From contig JAVYWK010000003.1 of the NCBI GenBank assembly GCA_038727095.1, forward strand, positions 1-64,000: DNA of 64,000 nucleotides, read 5' to 3'. Below, in pieces: positions 56,721 to 64,000 of the stretch. This DNA is from Thermofilaceae archaeon. Lineage in GTDB: Archaea; Thermoproteota; Thermoprotei; Thermofilales; Thermofilaceae. Positions within the stretch are counted from its first letter, which is position 1; each line of letters opens with the position of its first letter. The translations under genes were made by a program, and so were the position numbers. A model generated the notes under the pieces. The model had not been told where the DNA came from. It saw nothing but the letters and a program-made list of their open reading frames with translations, and did not search any database.

Positions 56721-58163
56721 TTAAGGCAGCTTAGGTGGTGGCGCTGAGCCTAGGAGATCTGTGGGGTGGTTGCGCAACCACCCCCGTAGCTCCTCAGCGA
56801 GCCACGGTAGCGCTGTAACAGGGGCTAGGAAGGAGCTGCAGTAGTCGCGGTTCCACGCTATGTTGCAGTTACTGCAGTAGAAGTAGCTTGGCCTTTTCCT
56901 CCTCTCCCCCTCGGGGGAGTAGGGCGCACCCCGCTCCCCGCAGAGGGGGCAGCGCTTCCCTGACGCTCTTGTTTCCTTGAAGTAGCCGCCCTCGTACCTC
57001 ACCGTCACTCTCATCCTCCTCGTGACCCGCAGCAGGCTCTGCTGCCATGGCTTCCGCTGCAGGCTCTCGGGGGAGGGCTTGTCCACGAGGACGACCACCC
57101 TCCCCCCGTAGGCTCTTGCCAAGTTTCTGACTATTTCGGATAGTTTACGTTCTTTCCTCATGACTCGGGCCCCGTGGGCCCTGTGGATGATGCGCACGAT
57201 CTTTTCGGCGTTGCTCGGAGTGGGCGGCAGCTCCGGGAACTCCTCCCGGAGCCTCTCGTAGGCCTCGTGAAGCCGTGCGTAGGTCTGCGCTGACTGGCGC
57301 CCCTTATGTACGCCGGAAGCGAGGTCAGCGCAGCTTTGCAGCAGTTTTATCAGCCTCCACTCCTTTTTGTGAAACTTGATCCTTCGGCGTAGAACCCTTC
57401 TCACTCCTTCGTCGCCGACCTCGAAGGCGAGCACCGTAATGCCATGCCTGCTGTTCACGTCCACCCCCACGGCCACGAACGGCCGCGGGAAGTGGACGTC
57501 CCTGAAGTCCGTGCATTCTTCGCGCACAACCACCCACCACCTCGGCGGAGTTCGGTGCGCCACTAGCCGGAGCTCCCCGCTCTGGCAGAGGAACAGCGTG
57601 AACGTTGGCGGGGGAGCCAGCTCCAGCTCCCCCCTCAGCGCCTCGCACAGCTTCGGAGGCAGTGGCACCTCGAGGAGTGTGCCGATCCTCAGGACGCAGC
57701 GGTCAAGATCGACGATGCAGACTGCGTTGTGAGCACCGTACTCTCGCCCGCCAAACCGGAATCGAACCAGCAGGGGTATGGGCGGGAGCCTCTTCGGCGG
57801 CGTCCGCTTCCCTGCCTTAATTCTATTCTCAAAAGCGGCGAGGCGCATTTTCTTCCATTCCTCCCCATAGTACAGTAGTCCCTTTAGAATAGCGCTCCCG
57901 CCCCCCAAAATCGCTTTCACAATCATAGTGTAAAGTTCTTTTAGTCTCTCCCGGAGTACCGCATTCGTTTCAATCTTAAAGACCCTGTACCCCTCCCCCG
58001 GGGCCTTCTTGTTTTTACGCGAGGCCTTGGGGGTTGCTGCCCCCCTCCGGGTTTCACCGGGCAGAGCCCGGATCCCCCCGGAAGAGGTGGGCACCTTAAC
58101 GCCCTGCTGTTTGGCCCTTTCCTCCCCCCGCCCCCATCGGGGGGTTTGGGGCTCCGGCGCCAT
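56721..58163 (-). CDS. Divergent TnpB-like RuvC/Zn-ribbon protein (element 2)
   Basis: RuvC-I AVGVDVNSRHG, RuvC-II VVLVDKP, ASGKRCPLC...CSNC, RuvC-III NRDYCS. Confidence 0.8.
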   Translation of the reverse strand: MAPEPQTPRWGRGEERAKQQGVKVPTSSGGIRALPGETRRGAATPKASRKNKKAPGEGYRVFKIETNAVLRERLKELYTMIVKAILGGGSAILKGLLYYGEEWKKMRLAAFENRIKAGKRTPPKRLPPIPLLVRFRFGGREYGAHNAVCIVDLDRCVLRIGTLLEVPLPPKLCEALRGELELAPPPTFTLFLCQSGELRLVAHRTPPRWWVVVREECTDFRDVHFPRPFVAVGVDVNSRHGITVLAFEVGDEGVRRVLRRRIKFHKKEWRLIKLLQSCADLASGVHKGRQSAQTYARLHEAYERLREEFPELPPTPSNAEKIVRIIHRAHGARVMRKERKLSEIVRNLARAYGGRVVVLVDKPSPESLQRKPWQQSLLRVTRRMRVTVRYEGGYFKETRASGKRCPLCGERGAPYSPEGERRKRPSYFYCSNCNIAWNRDYCSSFLAPVTALPWLAEELRGWLRNHPTDLLGSAPPPKLP

Positions 58164-58444
58164 CCGGACCCCCATCCGCTCCCTCAGCTACACACCCCTC
58201 CGCGGGAGCTTCATCCAGGGCGGAGGGATGCGGGGGGCCGGCACAGCCGGAAACCCTAAACCCCCGTAGGGGGCTGGGGAGCGTTGAGCGCGGTACTTCT
58301 CGGCAGCTTTGAGCGAGCTCGAGCGGCGTACAGTTCAGCGCGGAAGCAGACTCCGGCAGCCGAGCGAAGCGGGAGCGAGCAGCACAGTCGAGCAGCCGAG
58401 GTGAGCAGCCCCTTAAAGATAGCAGTAGCCGCAGCTTCAAACCA

Positions 58445-59100
58445 GGCCCCAATCCCGGGCAGCCCGGGAGCCCCGCGCGCCGGCGCGCCCCCCAGTAGCG
58501 CTGAACGCTAACAGTGCGGTAGACCGCCCCCGGGGGAGCAGGAGTGCGGCCCTTTCCGCCGGCCCCTACGCTAGGCGGCGACCCCCTTAATTGGATGGGG
58601 GCCCCACGCGAGTGGGAGCGCAGCCCGGGGCCGGCCGTTATAGGCTGCGCCCCGCGAGGGCTGGAGGCCCGGGTTTAAGCCCGTATTCCTCCCCTCCAGC
58701 AGCCTGCCTGTAGGCTCTCGGCCTGCAGGCTGGCTGCCCCTCTACAGTTGTAGAGCGCTCGGCTGCTACAACTGCTTCACAGGCACCCCCCTACAAGGGG
58801 GACCCGCCTTTTTGGGGCGGAGGGTTGGAGAAGGGAGGGTTACAGGCTGATTAAAAGACTGGGCCTCCAGAATCCCCCAGTTGCAAGCCGCGCACGGAGC
58901 GGGGAGACCGCTTTAGCGTCCATCCACTTCCAGTGCCGCTCTAGTGCCGCGATAGTGTCCTGCTGTCTTCGTGTTCTGCCGCCCCCAAACCCCTCTTGTC
59001 CACCGAGCCTCGCCGGGGTTTGGGGGTTTTGTTTGCTCGGCCCGGTGGACGCACCTGTTAGGCTTGTGGAGTGCATGTATTTATTCCTAACTCCAGTTTG
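58445..59100 (+). ncRNA. Putative large structured RNA (or ssDNA structure) of unknown class, copy 2
   Basis: Near-identical to 13821-14490 with structure-preserving substitutions. Confidence 0.5.
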
Positions 59101-59118
59101 ATGCTGTGGGGGGATGGG

Positions 59119-59346
59119 GTGTGCATTACGGCTTGCAGTCTGAGCTTCTTCACGCTGCCGGATTGCATGGAGGAGTTCAGGGTGAGCGTGCGGTTGAGCA
59201 ACGTAGCGGAGGCTCTTGAAGCGTTCATGATGGCCGGCTTGGTGCCGGGGAGCGTTGCGTTCACCCCGGTCGGGGAGGGGCGCGCAGTCTTAATCCAGCT
59301 GAGGGGAGGGTGGCTGAGGGCGTACATAGTCGCGACAGCCGAGTGA
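59119..59346 (+). CDS. Conserved 75-aa element-encoded protein, copy 2
   Basis: GTG start aligned with ATG 14510: CITACSLSFFTL...AEALEAFMMAGL.PGS.AFT..GEGRAVLIQLRGGWL.AY. Confidence 0.6.
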   Translation: MCITACSLSFFTLPDCMEEFRVSVRLSNVAEALEAFMMAGLVPGSVAFTPVGEGRAVLIQLRGGWLRAYIVATAE

Positions 59347-59530
59347 GCGGAAGCTGAAACGCTTCACTTACCTTTATTTACCTTTTCTCTCGCTCGGCCC
59401 CCTAAGCCGCGGAGGAGCGGGTGAGCGCAGGCCGGGTGTGGGGGAGCGGAGGGGACGGCCAGGAGCGCGCAGCCGGGGGGAGCGGGTGCGCTCGAGCGAA
59501 ATTAATGAACAAATGTGAACCCTCGGGGGC

Positions 59531-61354
59531 TTAAGCGGCTTCGCTGGGTGGAGTCTTGGGTAGTGCGACCTTCTTCTGCCGCTTGTACATTTCCACCAGC
59601 TCCTCCTCCGTTGTCGCATCCTCCGGGCTCTTGTCAAACCTGTACCTTCCCGTAAACCTGGGGAAGCGGATGGCGAGGCCCGCGTCGGGCTTCACTTCGC
59701 CCAGCGCGCACGTGTGCATGGGGCTGAGCGTTATCTCCGCGCCCACGATCTCCAAGACGATGGTAGGGACGAACCAGACGTCAGCTTCCATCTTCGATAC
59801 AACTCTGGGGTGCTTGTGGTCTATCCTGTAGGGCTCGAGGATCTTGGGTAGCTGGAGCAGATCCTCGTCCGAGAAGCCGCTGCCCACCTTGCACACAGTC
59901 TTGAAAACGTCCTCCTCCGGGCTGTATGCTGCCATCAGGAGTGCTCCGTAGGTCCCCGCCCTCTTTCCCCTGCCGTAGAACGCCCCGACCACGACGAGAT
60001 CAACGGTGTCGGTCATCTCGTACCTGTAGTCCCTCTTGAACTTGATCCAGAGCCAGCCGCGCGCCCCCATCTGGTAGATCGATTCCCCGCTCAACGATTT
60101 GCACATGATGCCCTCGCAGCCCTCGGCCACAGCCTCCTCAAAGAACCTCATCAATTCCTCTGAGTCCTTAACGATGGACGACTTGGCCAGCCTGAACCGC
60201 TCGCTCTCCTCGATCACCTCAGCCAGCCTCCTCCTCCTTTCCGCTAGCGGGGTGTCGATTAGGCTCTCTCCGTCGACGTAGAGGAGGTCGAAGAGGTACA
60301 CAGCGACGGGGTACTTCTCCATGGCTTCCTCGATATCGTACTTCCTCCTCCTATGCATCAGCTCCTGGAAGGGTAGCATCTCGCCGGTATCGGGGTTCAG
60401 CGCGACGATCTCGCCCTCCAGGATGGCCTCCTCCGCCCTCACGTAACGCCTCACCATATCGACAACGTCCGGGTAGTGGCTCGTGATGTTCTCCAGCCTT
60501 CTGCTGAAGAGTTTGACTTCCCCGCGCCCCTTGTGGGCCTGGACCCTCTCACCGTCGTACTTGTACTCGGTGATGCAGGAGCCCCCCAGCTTGGCGATGA
60601 TCTCGGCGGGGTCGCTCAACCGCTCAGCCAGCATCGGCTTCACGGGTATGCCCACGCTGATTTTAACCTCCTTCAAACCTTCGGGGCCGCGCTCCGCCAG
60701 CAGCTTAGCTATGTAGCCCAGGTCGGGGTGAACGTTGTAAGCCCTTTCAACAGCCGCTCTCGCCGCCTTGGAGCCCGTGAAAGCTGAAGAGAGCGCGTCC
60801 AGGATCGTCATGTCTGCAACGCCCAGCCTCAGCTTCCCTGTAACCATCCTCAGCAGGTACCTCGCCTCCTTCGGACTGGCGCTCTTCAGCAGTGCGGCGA
60901 GCGTCGCTATCTTCGTGTCCTGAGCCCCGGGGCCCGCGGCTCGGGCGATCTTGAGGAGAGAATCGTACACCCTACCAACGGTTAGAGCTTTAGCCTGGAG
61001 CTCCTCTCCCACGCCGAAGAAATCGAGAATTGAGGAGGGCCTACCCCTCTTCATCAGCTCTTCAGCCGCTAGCCCGAGGTCTCCCAACCTCTTGTAAGCG
61101 GCTTCCACCTCCTTCAAGCCCAGGCCGAGAGCTAGGGCAACCGCTCTTATCGCCAGCTTCTCCGCTACGCCCAGCTCCGGTGCCTCGTAGTCAGGGCCCA
61201 GGGCGCCGCGCGTAAGGTACACCAGCTTATCGATCACCTCGGGAGGAGTCTTCTTGAAGAGCGAGACGAGTAGATCCGTCATTGCAAGCCGGCTGCTCGT
61301 AGCCTCAATACGCTCGTAGAACTCCACCAACGTTGAAAACTCCAGATCAGCCAT
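59531..61354 (-). CDS. lig: ATP-dependent DNA ligase
   Basis: [30 protein letters not shown] and IRFPRF motifs. Confidence 0.97.
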   Translation of the reverse strand: MADLEFSTLVEFYERIEATSSRLAMTDLLVSLFKKTPPEVIDKLVYLTRGALGPDYEAPELGVAEKLAIRAVALALGLGLKEVEAAYKRLGDLGLAAEELMKRGRPSSILDFFGVGEELQAKALTVGRVYDSLLKIARAAGPGAQDTKIATLAALLKSASPKEARYLLRMVTGKLRLGVADMTILDALSSAFTGSKAARAAVERAYNVHPDLGYIAKLLAERGPEGLKEVKISVGIPVKPMLAERLSDPAEIIAKLGGSCITEYKYDGERVQAHKGRGEVKLFSRRLENITSHYPDVVDMVRRYVRAEEAILEGEIVALNPDTGEMLPFQELMHRRRKYDIEEAMEKYPVAVYLFDLLYVDGESLIDTPLAERRRRLAEVIEESERFRLAKSSIVKDSEELMRFFEEAVAEGCEGIMCKSLSGESIYQMGARGWLWIKFKRDYRYEMTDTVDLVVVGAFYGRGKRAGTYGALLMAAYSPEEDVFKTVCKVGSGFSDEDLLQLPKILEPYRIDHKHPRVVSKMEADVWFVPTIVLEIVGAEITLSPMHTCALGEVKPDAGLAIRFPRFTGRYRFDKSPEDATTEEELVEMYKRQKKVALPKTPPSEAA

Positions 61355-61403
61355 AGGATCCCATTGGTTCAATGAACACTCAAGCTCTTATCCTTAACTC
61401 TGC

Positions 61404-61874
61404 TCACCTCCTCTTCCCGCAGGGAGGGTTACCGGGGTCGGCCACAGCCACTCTGAGCAGAAGGCACCTCGACGCCTTGGCGTCGTAGAACAGGCAGCCC
61501 GCACAAACCCCTGTCGCCGGCTCAGGGGGGAGGGAGGGGGGCGGAGCCCTCCTGGCAACCCCGAAGAGTTCTTGGAGCTCCTCCTTCGTCGGGAAGCGGC
61601 CCTCGAACAGTTTCTCTCCGCCAACAACTAGTGCTGGCAGCGAACCCACTCTGTACTTTTTGAACTCCTCAACGTACTGGCTCCCGTAAAGCCCCTCCAG
61701 GAACTCTAGGAAGGATGGGTACTCCCTTGGATCGGCGATTCCGGCGGTAACAACCCTCAGCTTCGCCTGCCTCCCCGAGGCTTTGAGAACCTCGTAAACG
61801 TCCTTCACCAGCTGGGCGCAGCGATCCCCCTTATAGACGAACAGTACGACCTGCTCGACGCTTGCCTCTCCCAC
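61404..61874 (-). CDS. Thioredoxin-like fold hypothetical protein with a Cys-rich tail
   Basis: Y.V.SLPALVVGG...FEGRFP motif; C-terminal C..C.FY....C. Confidence 0.6.
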   Translation of the reverse strand: MGEASVEQVVLFVYKGDRCAQLVKDVYEVLKASGRQAKLRVVTAGIADPREYPSFLEFLEGLYGSQYVEEFKKYRVGSLPALVVGGEKLFEGRFPTKEELQELFGVARRAPPPSLPPEPATGVCAGCLFYDAKASRCLLLRVAVADPGNPPCGKRR

Positions 61875-61904
61875 TCTAGCTCCAGGATAGGCGGCGATTC
61901 ACCC

Positions 61905-63089
61905 TTATAAAGCTGCACCAGCTCGCTTGAGCGCCGCTTCAGCGATTGCCCTGTCGCCCCTGTACTGGCTCAGCTTGCTCGCGAGATCCTGGGCCGCCGC
62001 CCAAGCCTCGTCGCTTAACGCCCAGCGCAGCGCCGAGCAGAGGTCTCCTTCATCCACTATGTGGGTCTTCGCGACCCCTAATGCTTCAGCGGAGAGGGAG
62101 CAGGCGAGCCGCTCCGTGTGGGTTCTCCGCACCACGTGCACCGCAGGGATGCCGAAGGCCATGGCCTCCATCACCATGGTGTGACCCCCGTGCGTCACGA
62201 GGGCATCGGCGGCCTTAACGTACAAGTACCGATCGGGGAGCCAGTCGCAGACAAAGACGTTCCTACCCACCTTTTCCAGCCGGTCGGACCCTGAAGGTAC
62301 CCCCCTTGAGACGATCACCACCACCTCGTCGCTCAGGTCGCAGCCCCCGAGCTCGGCCAGGAAGGCTTCGCAGAGCTCCCTCCCCTCGCCGCTCACCCCG
62401 GTGAAGCTGGCAACAACGAGCTTACCCTCAACCCCCAGCCTCTCTCTAACCTCCTCGCGTGGTGGTAGTTCATCGGGCCACACGGGTGGAGAGGGGCCGA
62501 CAAACCTGGCGCGGGGGAGTAGCTTCTCGACCATCGCGTTCGCTCTTGCAACCGTGTAGGGGGGCGGGTAATCGGGGATCAGGATTTCATCGGCGAGCGC
62601 CCAAAGGCTGCCCAAGAGACGGTGCAACCCCTCCTCCGCCAGGTCCTTTGCGCCAAGCTTCACACGCGTTGGATTCTTCACGGGTATTATCACTCTCAGC
62701 TGGTGTATCACGAGAACCGCCGGAACTCCCAACGCCTTCGCCGCAAAGAGGGATGAGAGCCTGCTGTCCGAGATGACGACATCCGGCTCCAGGATCCCCA
62801 TGTAGTAGAGCTCGTCGCCGACCTGGCGCGCGAACCGGTACAGGTTCAGGGGCCCCTTCGCTATGGTCCTCTTCACGTCAATGTCGCCCTGCTCATCGAC
62901 CTCGTAACCTATGGGCCTCGTCCTGAGGCAGCGGAAGCCGCTGCGCTCGATCATCTCGGCCGCCCTGCCGTAGGAGGAGAAGACGACTTCTACGCCAGCC
63001 TGCCTGAGCCTCCTGGCCACTGATAGCATTCGGCCCGCGTGGCCCAAGCCCATCCCGCAGGGAGCGAGGTAAGCCAGCACGGGAGCCAC
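61905..63089 (-). CDS. GT-B glycosyltransferase (GT28/MJ1255-like)
   Basis: CGMGLGHA.R, PDVVISD and THGGH.MVMEA..FG.P motifs. Confidence 0.85.
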   Translation of the reverse strand: MAPVLAYLAPCGMGLGHAGRMLSVARRLRQAGVEVVFSSYGRAAEMIERSGFRCLRTRPIGYEVDEQGDIDVKRTIAKGPLNLYRFARQVGDELYYMGILEPDVVISDSRLSSLFAAKALGVPAVLVIHQLRVIIPVKNPTRVKLGAKDLAEEGLHRLLGSLWALADEILIPDYPPPYTVARANAMVEKLLPRARFVGPSPPVWPDELPPREEVRERLGVEGKLVVASFTGVSGEGRELCEAFLAELGGCDLSDEVVVIVSRGVPSGSDRLEKVGRNVFVCDWLPDRYLYVKAADALVTHGGHTMVMEAMAFGIPAVHVVRRTHTERLACSLSAEALGVAKTHIVDEGDLCSALRWALSDEAWAAAQDLASKLSQYRGDRAIAEAALKRAGAAL

Positions 63090-63097
63090 CGCGGTTG

Positions 63098-63751
63098 CTA
63101 GACGCTGAGCACCCGCTCCACCACTTCACCCTCCGGGTACACTTCGGCGAAGATCCTCGCCGTGAACGTGTAGACCTTGATCCTCGCCGTTCTCCAAGCG
63201 TCCGGGGGGAGCCCGGCCTTTATGCAGGCGTTCTCCAGGTATTCCTCAACGTTCCACTCGTACTCGACGGGAACCTGGGGGAGGAGGAGGCCCCTCAGTA
63301 CCCCCTTCTCGATGATGACTCCGTCGCGCCCCACCTTGATCTTCTCGAGCAGCTCCTCCGGCTTCGAGTACTGGACGAGCTGGGGCGGTGAGAGGACGCT
63401 AACCTCGAAAACCACGCTTTTCAGCTCGTCGGGCGTCATCGGCTCGAACCTGGGGTCCTCCGTCGCAGCGGCTATGGCCGCCTCAATCGTCGCCTCCACC
63501 AGCGGTAAGACGGGCTCGGGGAAGCCGATGCACCCCCTCAGCGTCCTCCTGGGGATGCCCGCAGCGTCCCGAACGATCTTCTCGATCGTGACGAAGACCC
63601 CCGCCTTCTCAGCGAGCCTCTCAGGGCAGCCCTCCGGGGGCTCCATCCTCACGAACTCTGTGAGGTACTTTACCACCGCCTCCCTCGCCAGCTTGACGAG
63701 GAATTCTCCATCCCCCTTCGTCAGGCTTGATAGGTCCAGAGCCACAGTCAA
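63098..63751 (-). CDS. AMMECR1 domain protein
   Basis: GVFVT, LRGCIG, DPRF, EVSVL and GLLLPQV motifs. Confidence 0.93.
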   Translation of the reverse strand: MTVALDLSSLTKGDGEFLVKLAREAVVKYLTEFVRMEPPEGCPERLAEKAGVFVTIEKIVRDAAGIPRRTLRGCIGFPEPVLPLVEATIEAAIAAATEDPRFEPMTPDELKSVVFEVSVLSPPQLVQYSKPEELLEKIKVGRDGVIIEKGVLRGLLLPQVPVEYEWNVEEYLENACIKAGLPPDAWRTARIKVYTFTARIFAEVYPEGEVVERVLSV

Positions 63752-63766
63752 CCCTGAGGAGCGGGG

Positions 63767-64000
63767 CTAAAAGCGTTGCCTCACGTTCCCCAGGAACTCC
63801 CGCATCCTCCTGAGGTGGCTCCCGGGCCAGTAGACCTGGCTGCAGCGCTCGCAAACCAGGAAGAGGTCGTAGCGCTCCGCCACTCCCTCTGGTAGCCTGC
63901 CCTCAACCTCGCTCCGCGAAGCAGCCCTCAGCCTGCCGTTGCAGCGGGGGCACCTGGTGTCGCTGAGATCCACCTCGAGCCTCAAGCCGAACCTCCTGCT
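63767..64000 (-). CDS. Mut7-C RNase domain protein, C-terminal part (5' end outside the window)
   Basis: RCP.CNG.L ... C..C.QVYWPGSH motif. Confidence 0.85.
   Translation of the reverse strand, partial: SRRFGLRLEVDLSDTRCPRCNGRLRAASRSEVEGRLPEGVAERYDLFLVCERCSQVYWPGSHLRRMREFLGNVRQRF

Larger units (their letters stand above)
56394..59346. mobile_element. Element 2: TnpB-like gene + omegaRNA-like end + conserved structured module + small ORF; no transposase
   Basis: Same architecture and right end as element 1. May extend to about 59500 (GAGCG-rich tail). Confidence 0.8.

Overview
Gene-dense archaeal chromosome segment. A Thermoproteota, probably Thermofilaceae-like, host is inferred from RadA, S25e, L12/P1, TIP49, Hjc, AGOG, AcnX-type mevalonate genes, C/D sRNAs and a two-intron tRNA. 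Most of the window is housekeeping: valS, asnS, thrS, pyrF, radA, lhr, uppS, thiolase/HMG-CoA synthase/DUF35, pgk, a class I gap and DNA ligase. The notable content is a family of GC-rich inserted elements with no transposase in the window. Two long copies (about 11961-14737 and 56394-59346) each carry a divergent TnpB-like RuvC/Zn-ribbon gene with a D-D-D catalytic triad and a downstream omegaRNA-like scaffold ending GGCGCGGAAC. Each also carries a near-identical ~900-bp module on the opposite strand: a ~650-nt highly structured sequence (a compensatory base change, GNRA loops, a predicted pseudoknot) followed by a conserved 75-aa ORF that weakly resembles the C-terminal half of a sliding clamp. 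The two nucleases are very divergent from each other although this module is nearly identical. A third, internally deleted copy (about 5651-6052, + strand) keeps only the start of the nuclease gene and the omegaRNA-like end. All family assignments come from motif recognition by eye; no database search or folding was run.
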